Of a stretch of DNA of 64,000 nucleotides, positions 38,654-47,029 are shown piece after piece. The notes beneath the pieces are model-generated. The model ran no database searches, was not told the origin of the DNA, and saw only the letters and a list, made by a program, of their open reading frames with translations. The stretch covers positions 2,400,001 to 2,464,000 of the forward strand of contig OZ252299.1 of the NCBI GenBank assembly GCA_965250285.1, written 5' to 3'. Source of the DNA: Myxococcota bacterium (GTDB lineage Bacteria; Myxococcota_A; UBA9160; UBA4427). The position numbers were made by a program, and so were the translations under genes. Positions within the stretch are counted from its first letter, which is position 1. Every line of letters begins with the position of its first letter.

Positions 38654-38669
38654 TATACCAATCGGTATA
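38654..38669. promoter_or_regulatory. Palindromic TetR-type operator TATACC-AATC-GGTATA
   Basis: In the AT-rich divergent region between the diiron oxygenase and TetR genes. Confidence 0.65.
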
Positions 38670-38774
38670 CTAATTTCAACAGCAAATTCAATATCCTGCG
38701 TGAATTGCCCGTGTCTGAACTGATCGTTCGGTCCATATTGGTGTGGGGATTTCGAGGAATAGGATCGAGTCGCA

Positions 38775-39464
38775 ATGAGTCAGGCCCAACCCAGACAGAG
38801 CCGCAGCGAACGGGCCGCCGCCACGCGCGAGCGGATCCTGAACTCGGCGATCCACCTGATGTCCGAGCGCGGCTACGCCGGATCGAGTGTCGGCGAGATC
38901 TGCGAACGCAGTGGGGTCACCCGCCCTGTGCTCTACTTCCACTTCGGAAGCAAGGAGGGGCTCCTCGGTGCCGTGATCGACCGGGTCGGCAACCAGTGGA
39001 TCGACGATCTCGAGACCCGGATCAGCGTCGGCGAGGAGAGCGACGACCCGCTGCTTCGCGCCGCGGCCCGGCTCCAACGCGCCACGGACGGCTACCGGGC
39101 GCTGATCGAAGAGCACCCCGAGCTGCTCCGTGTGTTACTGCTCGTCGCCCTCGAGTCGAGCGACACGAGTGAAGAAGTGCGCGAGGCGCTCAAGCGATTC
39201 GGACGACGCGCGCTCGACGCGGTGGCGCACGGGATTCAGGACGCCCTCGGTCGCGACCTGCCCGATCTCGACCTCGTCGCCCACACCGTGATCAGCCTGC
39301 TCGAGGGCGCGCTGATCCGCTACGCGGTCGACCCGGAAGGCACCGATCTCGATCGGCTCTGGGACGAGCTCAGGCGCACCACCGCCCACGCCGTCATCTA
39401 CCGGGTGCAGCTCGTCGACGCACAGAACGCGCTGGCGGCGCCATCCGACTCGAAGTCGAGCTGA
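38775..39464 (+). CDS. TetR/AcrR family regulator
   Basis: TRERILNSAIHLMSERGYAGSSVGEICERSGVTRPVLYFHFGSKEGL. Confidence 0.93.
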   Translation: MSQAQPRQSRSERAAATRERILNSAIHLMSERGYAGSSVGEICERSGVTRPVLYFHFGSKEGLLGAVIDRVGNQWIDDLETRISVGEESDDPLLRAAARLQRATDGYRALIEEHPELLRVLLLVALESSDTSEEVREALKRFGRRALDAVAHGIQDALGRDLPDLDLVAHTVISLLEGALIRYAVDPEGTDLDRLWDELRRTTAHAVIYRVQLVDAQNALAAPSDSKSS

Positions 39465-39512
39465 GCCCGCGGCGCGACGCGTCCGAGTGTCAGTGGGTGC
39501 GCCGAATGCGCC

Positions 39513-40172
39513 TCAAGCCGACTTCGATCGGCGTGCGTCGACCTCGGCCTGGGGAACCAGGGCGAACAGCTGCATGATCTTGCGCGCGGCCAGCCGAATC
39601 AGCGGCATCGGATCCTCGGGCGCATGGCGCAGGTCGTGCCCGACCTCCTCGAGTGCTCCGATCAGCCCCCGATACACGATCGGATCGACCGGGGGGCCGC
39701 CGCGCTCCTTTCGACTCGCCTCGAGAATGCGACCCGCCTGCGTCATCGCGTCTCGCCGCATCGCCTGGAGCACCGGGTCGAGCCTGGACTCGCGCGAGAG
39801 CGCCACGCCGAGATCGCCCGAGTCGCGGCGCCACAGGACGTAGATCCGAAGCCATTCGCCGACCGGATCGTCCGAGCCGCGGACGCGCTCCTCGAGGCGC
39901 TCGACCAGATCCCGCATATGCTGCTCGGTCAGCGCTTCGACGACGCCTCGCTTCGTGCCGAAGTGCCGGTGGAAGGTGCGTCTCGACACGCCTGAGGCGT
40001 CGAGCAGATCCTTGATTCGAAGCTCGTCGAGCGATCGGGTCGGAAGCTCACGTCGCGCGGCATCCAGGATGCGCTGTCGCAGGAGACTGCCCTGCCCCGT
40101 CACCCGCATGGGCTCGCGCGGCGATGGATCGCCCGCTCGCTGGCGACTTCTCTTCCGATTCGGCTCGGGCAC
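39513..40172 (-). CDS. TetR/AcrR family regulator
   Basis: RQRILDAA...IKDLLDASGVSRRTFHRHFGTK; start uncertain. Confidence 0.85.
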   Translation of the reverse strand: MPEPNRKRSRQRAGDPSPREPMRVTGQGSLLRQRILDAARRELPTRSLDELRIKDLLDASGVSRRTFHRHFGTKRGVVEALTEQHMRDLVERLEERVRGSDDPVGEWLRIYVLWRRDSGDLGVALSRESRLDPVLQAMRRDAMTQAGRILEASRKERGGPPVDPIVYRGLIGALEEVGHDLRHAPEDPMPLIRLAARKIMQLFALVPQAEVDARRSKSA

Positions 40173-40187
40173 ACCCCGCCCCCTCGA

Positions 40188-40224
40188 CTCTCAGCTCTCA
40201 GCTCTCAGCTCTCAGCTCTCAGCT
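40188..40224. repeat. Perfect heptamer tandem repeat (CTCTCAG)x5
   Basis: ctctcag x5 plus ct, between the DUF3604 stop and the TetR start. Confidence 0.95.
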
Positions 40225-40265
40225 TCGACAACGAACTGCCAGACGCACCCGCACACAAGGTCATA

Positions 40266-42644
40266 TCAGTGGAGGTCGGCGAACTCCTCGTCTCGGCTCC
40301 CCGGCGTGTACCAGATCGGCGACGTCCAGGAGCGCTCCTGGATCGTGCGCTGAACGAAGGGGTCGCCGCCCGTCTCGCGCGCACAGCATCTCGCCGAGTT
40401 GGCGAAGTCGGCGCTGCTCGAGTCGGGGTTGTTGGGGATCGCGGGATTGAAGCGCTCCCGCTGCTCCTCGCAGACCTCGATTTCGTCGAGTGGGTTGATC
40501 CCGTACTCCTCCTGGCAGATGTGGGTGCTGACGCGACACACCGGGTTCTCGAGCACGCGGCCGTAGTAGAACGCACGCTGATCGGGGTCGAAGTCGGGAT
40601 CGGTCCAGACCCGACACAGATGCTTGAAGTTGCGTCCGCGGCGGCCGGGCTTGAGGCTGCAGTCGTCGTTGACGCTCGCGCCGTTGTCGGGATCGCCCGC
40701 GATCGTGTAGACCGCTTCGCGCGTTCGGAGATTGCCCAGGCGATCCTCCTCGACCCAGCCCTTGATGATCTGGATCTGCTGGAGTGGCGTGCCGACGTAG
40801 TCGTCGTAGTGGGCGTCGAGGAGGAAGGTCGGCGAGCCGCGGCGCGGCCGATCCTCGCCGTACAGATCGCCGCCCATCGGCACACCCTTCTCGTAGCCGT
40901 AGGGCACGAAGTCGTCGTGGCACAGCTCTTCGGGGAAGTCGAAGCCGCCGAAGAAACGCACGATGTGCCGCGGCCCGCTCGTACCGTAGGTCTCCTTGTT
41001 CTTGAGCGCGTTGAAGACCGAATCGCGCGAATTCTCTTCGGCCCAGACGACGAAGTGCCCCCCCGAGTTCGACTGGATCGTGCCGTCGCTCCGCGTCATC
41101 GCGGCGTCTTCGATGCCGAGGTGCCCGTTCCACGGATCGCTGAGCTGGCCCTTCTCACGGTTCGAGTAGGGATCCTCCGGATGCCAGCCGCCGGTTGCGT
41201 TGTGGTTGTCCGACGAAGAGCCCATGCCGAGCTTGAACGGGTTCGCGCCCAGGTTCTCTTCCGCGAAGAGCAGGCCATCCTTCAAGATGTTTCGCACGTA
41301 CGCGCGCGGGTCGAAGAAGGTCGGCGGGAACAGGGGCAGGTCGATCGACGCCACCCCCGACGCCTCGATCACGGTGCGACCGTCGAGGATCTCGAACGCG
41401 CAGGCCTCGTCCGGAATGCCCGGGCTGTTTCGGTCCGCGCGGTTGAGGCCGGTCTGTGCGATCCACTGACGGCGCGGATTCCGGGGCGCGAAGCGCGGAT
41501 CGTACCGGCACTCGCTGCCGCCCTTGGCCTGGAAGATCTCGACGAGCGGCTCCCAGCGCGCACGCAGCTGAGCCCGGCGCGCACGCTGTCGCGGCGTGAG
41601 ACCCTCCGGATCGGCGAACAGCGGCGGGATGATGCTCGGCACGTTCCCCGTCGGCACGGGCAGGCCGCCACCGAGATTCGAGTTGTGCGGAATCGTCAGT
41701 GCGTCGCAGCCCGGGATGCCCTCGACGCACTCCTCCTGCAGGCCAAGCCACAGGTTGCGCGCATTCGGAAAACCGCCGGTGAGGTAGAGCGGCGAGACCT
41801 CGAGCGGATCTGGGTTCGGGACCAGCGCCATGTCGATGGCCGTGATCGGCCGGTCGATCGACTTCGAGTTTCGGAAGACGACGTTGCGGTGGTAGTTCAC
41901 CGCCGAGGGTGTCGACGTGACCTCGTACGCATGGAAAGCACTGAACTCACAGCGTCGGCTGTCGTCGTTGGCCTCGTCGGCCGCGTTGCGCATCTCGTCC
42001 CAGACTCGGAGCTCGCTGCGCAGACATTCGGGGCGAGTTTCGCCATCGCGCCCGATACAGACCGGGAGCCTCTGGTTGCGAGAGGACGGGCCGAGGTTGG
42101 GGGCCGTGGTCGTGGTGAACGCAGCGGACGAGAACGTGCGAAGCGCCTGCGGCGCCGGGAAGGTCACGGGGTTGAAGTAGAAGCCGCGAAAGATCTTGCA
42201 CTCGAAGGAGTAGTACCCGGGCAGGTGCTCGTTGTCGCCGGTGCAGAAGCCCATCTCGCCGAAGTGCTCGGAGTGATCCGTGACCATGCCCCAGTCGAGC
42301 GGGCGATCGATCTGATATCGACGGGTTGGAAGACCGAAGGCGTTCGTTCCGACGACGACGCCCGCACGCCCCTTCTTCTTCATGAATCGGTACGAGTCGG
42401 CCGGACCGGGGCGCACGAACCGCAGGGCCGCGTCGAACGAGCGAGACGTGTGGTTGTGTGTCGTACCAAACAGAGCCTGCTTGTTCGGGTCGTAGTGGCG
42501 ACAGCGCGGGCGGTCCTCGGTGACCTCGAACGGAAGATCGCCGTCCGAGGGCGGCCCGCCCGAGTTCGTGGCCCACGCGTTGGGAACGACGACGAGCAGG
42601 ACCGTCACGAGAAGAGAGAAGAACCGCGGCGTGATCATCATCAT
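40266..42644 (-). CDS. Secreted DUF3604 protein (PHP-like metallohydrolase fold)
   Basis: Signal peptide; FGTTHNHTSRSFDA, LDWGMVTDHSEH, YHRNVVF, IPHNSN, EIFQAKGGSEC, NPFKLG..SSDNH, YGTSGPR, IQERSWTSPIWY. Confidence 0.88.
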   Translation of the reverse strand: MMMITPRFFSLLVTVLLVVVPNAWATNSGGPPSDGDLPFEVTEDRPRCRHYDPNKQALFGTTHNHTSRSFDAALRFVRPGPADSYRFMKKKGRAGVVVGTNAFGLPTRRYQIDRPLDWGMVTDHSEHFGEMGFCTGDNEHLPGYYSFECKIFRGFYFNPVTFPAPQALRTFSSAAFTTTTAPNLGPSSRNQRLPVCIGRDGETRPECLRSELRVWDEMRNAADEANDDSRRCEFSAFHAYEVTSTPSAVNYHRNVVFRNSKSIDRPITAIDMALVPNPDPLEVSPLYLTGGFPNARNLWLGLQEECVEGIPGCDALTIPHNSNLGGGLPVPTGNVPSIIPPLFADPEGLTPRQRARRAQLRARWEPLVEIFQAKGGSECRYDPRFAPRNPRRQWIAQTGLNRADRNSPGIPDEACAFEILDGRTVIEASGVASIDLPLFPPTFFDPRAYVRNILKDGLLFAEENLGANPFKLGMGSSSDNHNATGGWHPEDPYSNREKGQLSDPWNGHLGIEDAAMTRSDGTIQSNSGGHFVVWAEENSRDSVFNALKNKETYGTSGPRHIVRFFGGFDFPEELCHDDFVPYGYEKGVPMGGDLYGEDRPRRGSPTFLLDAHYDDYVGTPLQQIQIIKGWVEEDRLGNLRTREAVYTIAGDPDNGASVNDDCSLKPGRRGRNFKHLCRVWTDPDFDPDQRAFYYGRVLENPVCRVSTHICQEEYGINPLDEIEVCEEQRERFNPAIPNNPDSSSADFANSARCCARETGGDPFVQRTIQERSWTSPIWYTPGSRDEEFADLH

Positions 42645-42842
42645 CAGCACCCCTCCGGTGGATCGAAACGCACTCATTCCATTTGTGTCACACACTAAGC
42701 GACGCGGTACGCCCCACACAAGAATCTTCTGGGCAGAATCGGCTTTGGCACTGTCCTGGACGGATTGCGTCACGGGGCGGCACAAAACCGAAGCGCCGTA
42801 GCCCAAGCCATCGAGATCATTCATCTCGTGCGCATCGTGCTG

Positions 42843-43247
42843 TCACTTCTCGGTGTCTGACTCCGAGTCAGACGGCGACTTCGGTGCGGGAAGCGACGCG
42901 AGGTCCGAGACGAGCACGTCGCACATCGCGCGGTCGACCGCGATGCGCTCCGATCGGCCCGTGGTCACCACGTTGCGGATCAAGAAATCGGCGGCCTCGC
43001 GGGTGAGGATCCCGCTCTCGATGGCCATCGAGAGCTCGTGCTCGACCCGGGCCCGAGTCGAGCGATAGATCTCTTTCTGGTCGGCATCTTCGGTGTGCTG
43101 CTCACACCAGGTCAGCGTGCCGACCATACGGGCCGCATCTTCGGCTTCGAGGATGTTCGAGATCTGCCCCGCCGTCGCGGACCCGATGTGTCCGAGCAGC
43201 GCACACGCAACGAACGCGCTTCGAGCCACCGATCGCACGGCGCGCAC
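42843..43247 (-). CDS. Small hypothetical secreted protein
   Basis: Signal-like N-terminus ending GSATA, helical body with two Cys; GTG start just after the HupE stop. Confidence 0.55.
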   Translation of the reverse strand: MRAVRSVARSAFVACALLGHIGSATAGQISNILEAEDAARMVGTLTWCEQHTEDADQKEIYRSTRARVEHELSMAIESGILTREAADFLIRNVVTTGRSERIAVDRAMCDVLVSDLASLPAPKSPSDSESDTEK

Positions 43248-43252
43248 CCGCC

Positions 43253-44287
43253 TCAGACCGAACGCGGCAGGATGCCCGCCACTCGCTCGAAGACCCAGAA
43301 CGCCGCGACCGAGCCGATGCCGTAGGCCGGCACGTATGGTGCCCAACTCGGCCACTCGACCGGGATGCGACGAATCGCGGCCCAGACCGCCAGCACGACC
43401 GCGACGAACAGCAGCTGCCCGATCTCGATGCCCACGTTGAACGCAAAGAGCGAGACCGGGATCTCGCCCTGAGGCAGCCCCACCTCGGTCAGCGCACCCG
43501 CGAAGCCCAGGCCGTGGAGCAGCCCGAATGCGGCCGCCACGAGCCAGGGCACACGATCCATCGTCGTGCGTCGACCGCGCTCGCGCTGGACGAGATCGAT
43601 CCCGAGCACGTAGATGCTGAAGGCGATGGCCGCTTCGACGGGCTGCTGGGGCACGTGGACGAACCCGAGAACGGCCAGCCCGAGCGTCACGCTGTGCCCG
43701 ACCGTGAACGCCGTCACGGTCCAGAGCAGCTGCTTGCCCCACCCGACGAGCAAAACGAGCGCGAGCACGAAGAGCAGATGATCCCAGCCGCTCAAGATGT
43801 GCTCGATCCCGAGCCGGGTGTAGTCGGCGCCGACGGCCAGGGCCGACTGTCGCTCCGGAACGACGAAGCTCGAGGTGTCGGGCGTCAGCAGCTGGCGAAA
43901 CGCGCGACCGTCGAACAGCTCGACGCGAAGCAGCACGTTCGCACCGCTGCCGGCGATCCCCTCGACCGCGACCGATTGACCGACGAGGGGGTCGGCGCAG
44001 CGAATCTGCCAGGCCAGCACGAGCCCGGTGCCCTCTTCGTAGGTCTCGGGCAAGCCGTTGCCGATGCACGACGGAGGCAGGATCGGCCGGAGATCACTGC
44101 CCTGAGCCTTCACGATCGGCTGCTTCCAGCGCACGTCGAAAATGCCGGTCTCGACCTCGCGCAGCTCGAGGAGCGACGGCGCGAAGACGTGCGCCGAAGC
44201 CGACGGTACGAGCGCGCCGGTCCAGGCGAGCACCACGACCGCCCCGTATATCGCCGTGAGCCATCGCAGCCCGCGCCCCCGCATCAT
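43253..44287 (-). CDS. HupE/UreJ family (HupE_UreJ_2) membrane protein
   Basis: ASAH after signal; LGIEHILSGWDHLLF, TAFTVGHSVTL, VEAAIAFSI, FGLLHGLGFA, FNVGIEIGQ. Confidence 0.9.
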   Translation of the reverse strand: MMRGRGLRWLTAIYGAVVVLAWTGALVPSASAHVFAPSLLELREVETGIFDVRWKQPIVKAQGSDLRPILPPSCIGNGLPETYEEGTGLVLAWQIRCADPLVGQSVAVEGIAGSGANVLLRVELFDGRAFRQLLTPDTSSFVVPERQSALAVGADYTRLGIEHILSGWDHLLFVLALVLLVGWGKQLLWTVTAFTVGHSVTLGLAVLGFVHVPQQPVEAAIAFSIYVLGIDLVQRERGRRTTMDRVPWLVAAAFGLLHGLGFAGALTEVGLPQGEIPVSLFAFNVGIEIGQLLFVAVVLAVWAAIRRIPVEWPSWAPYVPAYGIGSVAAFWVFERVAGILPRSV

Positions 44288-45300
44288 CGCGACTCCTCCG
44301 CGAGATAGGCGAGTCGAATCGGCTCGCGCAGGTCCTCTTCGGGGATCACGTCGCCCGCAATCACGATGTCGAAGCGTCCGCGCAGATCGCGCAGGCGGAG
44401 CTCGAGCCACTCGTCGGCGAGCTGCCGCCTGACCTCGGCCAGCACGTCTTCGCGCACCTCGTCGAGCGTTGCGTCCCGCGGCTCCCAACGCTGCTCGACG
44501 AGCACGAGGTGATCGCCCATGCGCGACGCGATCGGCCCGTGCCAGGCGCCGACCGGCAGCTCTACGACGGCGCGCGCGAAGTCGGCGCCGAGCCGCCGAG
44601 CCAGGTCTCGCTCGGCCAGACGCGGCAGACGAACCGGGAGCGAGCTTCGCTTGCCCAGGCCGGCGGCCTCCTCGGGTGCCATCGAGGCATCGCGCGCGCG
44701 CTCGACGAGCGTGACGACGTCGCGCTCGCCCATTCCACGACCGAGATACACCTGGCTCAGCTGCAGCTCGAGCGGCCAGCGAAAGCGCTCGCGGTTGTCT
44801 CGCAGATAGGCCTCGAGCAGCGCCTCTTTCGGCTCCTGGATCATCGCGGCGGCCTTGATCACACGCGTCGCCGAATCGACGAGCAGATTGCGCAGCACGC
44901 GGTCGCCATGATCCAGCCCCATCTCGAGTGCGTCATCTGCCAGCTCGCGGGGCGGCGGCGCTTCGTGCGGGTTCTCGGCGACGAACTGCGCGATCTGCGC
45001 CAGACGGCGCTCGGCCACGTCACTCTGGTTCAGGCCGATCTCGAGCGCGTACTGGTAGAGCACTTCTTCATTCGCCACGACTCGCCGCAGCACCCGCTCC
45101 TGCTCCGGCGAGAGCTCGGTTCCCACCGCATCGACGAACTCACGTCGCGTCGATTCGTAGATGTAGTCGGGGATGACGAGCTGCGCGCGCGGCGCGGGCG
45201 CGTCTTCGTCGGGCGCCAGCGCGACGAAGAGCAACCCTCCGATCAGCGCGAAGTGAAGCGCCGGAGAGGTCAGCCAGCTTCGGATCCAGGGAGCGGTCAC
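44284..45300 (-). CDS. Parvulin/PpiC-like peptidyl-prolyl isomerase domain protein
   Basis: PALHFALIGGLLF, EEVLYQYALEIGL, GADFARAV..LPVGAWHGPIASRMGDHLV; start uncertain. Confidence 0.8.
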   Translation of the reverse strand: MTAPWIRSWLTSPALHFALIGGLLFVALAPDEDAPAPRAQLVIPDYIYESTRREFVDAVGTELSPEQERVLRRVVANEEVLYQYALEIGLNQSDVAERRLAQIAQFVAENPHEAPPPRELADDALEMGLDHGDRVLRNLLVDSATRVIKAAAMIQEPKEALLEAYLRDNRERFRWPLELQLSQVYLGRGMGERDVVTLVERARDASMAPEEAAGLGKRSSLPVRLPRLAERDLARRLGADFARAVVELPVGAWHGPIASRMGDHLVLVEQRWEPRDATLDEVREDVLAEVRRQLADEWLELRLRDLRGRFDIVIAGDVIPEEDLREPIRLAYLAEESR

Positions 45301-45574
45301 AACGGCCCACACTACTCGACGCGGGGCGCGCTCGACAAGCACGTCGTCGCGGCCGATCCGGGCTGGTCGAGCGGCCGACGGGGTCACGAGAGGCCGACGA
45401 CTCGATTTTCGGTCGATCGGCGGGTCGTTTTCGGCGGCGACTTGCCGATCGGCCAACCCTCGCACCCCGCGATCGACTCTGGACATCGCTCGACGACGTA
45501 CAGCAGAATCGGCGGGCGCCCTGTCACCCGCGAAACGACCCCGGCCTGGGAAGCCGACCTGAAGGGAGGCGAAG

Positions 45575-46366
45575 ATGCAGTGGAGCAGCCCACGCGCCGC
45601 GCAAGTCGACGGACGCATGCGCGTTCGAAACGGGGCCGCCGCGGTCGCCGCCGTGCTCGTGCTCGGCCTCTCGGGGGGCGCCGACGCCGTCGAGATCCAG
45701 CCGCTTATGCAGTTCTGGTCGACCGAGACGGTGGCGCTCGAGCAGATCTGCGACCCCCCCTTCGGTTGCAGCGTGTTCGATCCGCCCGACATCGTCGTGA
45801 GCGAAAGCGTGCAGCCCTCCGAGACGATCGATGTCGCTGGCAGCACGGTCGACCGCTTCGGCTCGTCCGCTCATCGCTACGCACTCTCGAGCAGCTTCGA
45901 GCCACACGGGTTCGCCGCATCGGGCGAGGTCGAGGCGACCGGCGCGAACAAGGTCACGCTCGGCTGGTCCCACACGTTCAGCGTCGACGTGGCCGCCCAG
46001 ATCCGGATCAGCGGCTCGCTGTCGATGGATTCGTTCACCGAGTTCGTCGAGGGCTACGGGGCGACTTCGCAGCTCTCATTCTGCCGGCGCATGGCAACGG
46101 GCTCGAGCTGCGCCGCGACGCAGGCCTTCGAACGCATCGACTTCACGCGCCTCGCCACGCGCCGCAGCGACGAGACGATCCTGTTCGATGCGCTCGTCGA
46201 TCTCGATCCGGGCGAGCGGTATCGCCTATCGGTCGAGCTCGAGCCGATCGGAACACCGAGCGACGCGCGCTTCGAAGTCACCGCGACGATCGTCCCCGAG
46301 CCGTCGACCGCGCTCCTGCTGGCCCTCGGCCTCACGCTGCTCGCGAGCCGGACGCGCCGCGCCTGA
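45575..46366 (+). CDS. PEP-CTERM sorting domain surface protein
   Basis: GGGAGG RBS, signal peptide ending GADA, C-terminal IVPEPSTALLLALGLTLLASRTRRA. Confidence 0.85.
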   Translation: MQWSSPRAAQVDGRMRVRNGAAAVAAVLVLGLSGGADAVEIQPLMQFWSTETVALEQICDPPFGCSVFDPPDIVVSESVQPSETIDVAGSTVDRFGSSAHRYALSSSFEPHGFAASGEVEATGANKVTLGWSHTFSVDVAAQIRISGSLSMDSFTEFVEGYGATSQLSFCRRMATGSSCAATQAFERIDFTRLATRRSDETILFDALVDLDPGERYRLSVELEPIGTPSDARFEVTATIVPEPSTALLLALGLTLLASRTRRA

Positions 46367-46422
46367 CCTGCGCCCGAGGGCCGATCGCCGAGGCCGGCCC
46401 AGCCTGGCGGGTCCGAGATCGG

Positions 46423-46971
46423 CTACGACTCGCGTCCGGTCCGGGGATACGGCGGCGGACCGATGAACGGCCGCGGGAACGGGCCTGTGTGCCACTGCTT
46501 CGAGGTGACCCGGCGAATGATCTTCCAGTCGTCGCCCACGCGGATCAGATCGTCCTGGTACCGGAGACCGAGCACCAGGTGCTGCAGCGGGCTGTCGTCG
46601 GCCTCCATGTGGTAGCCGACGACCCAGCTCTCGACGAAGCCCTCGTCGCCGTCGATCTCGATGTACTGGTTGCCGACGAAGTGCATCGTCGCATCCCAGG
46701 CGTGGAGGGCCTCCTCCATCCCGTTGAGGTACTCGTCGAGCTCGCCCTTCTCGGCCGTGCCCACGCAAACGCAGTCGGGATGAAAGACGGTCCGCACCAG
46801 ATCGAAGTCGATCGAGTCGACGCCGTACGCGTAGCGGCGATAGAGGTTCTTGATGACCTCGCGGTCGCGCAGCCAGCGGGTCGTGGCCTCGAGATCGTCG
46901 GCGGGCGGCGGCTGGCCCTCGCGGAACTTCATGATGCGCCGCTTCTCGTTTCGAATGTCGTCGTCGCTCAT
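46423..46971 (-). CDS. SnoaL/NTF2-like (SnoaL_4) protein
   Basis: DREVIKNLYRRYAYGVD..FHPD, TMHFVGN, RYQDDLIRVGDDWKI. Confidence 0.85.
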   Translation of the reverse strand: MSDDDIRNEKRRIMKFREGQPPPADDLEATTRWLRDREVIKNLYRRYAYGVDSIDFDLVRTVFHPDCVCVGTAEKGELDEYLNGMEEALHAWDATMHFVGNQYIEIDGDEGFVESWVVGYHMEADDSPLQHLVLGLRYQDDLIRVGDDWKIIRRVTSKQWHTGPFPRPFIGPPPYPRTGRES

Positions 46972-47029
46972 CGTGAACCCTCGGTGCGGGGCGCCGCGGG
47001 GCGGCCCCATGGATCTTCGCCGCTTCGGC

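Noticed and set aside
40188..40224. Possible CRISPR or mobile-element repeat
   Set aside because: 7-bp unit with no spacers, and no cas or transposase genes
40269..42698. 809-aa plus-strand ORF and similar long Arg/Ala-rich ORFs (e.g. 44509-47109, 46850-49027, 55753-57639)
   Set aside because: Stop-poor shadow frames expected in high-GC coding DNA; no motifs
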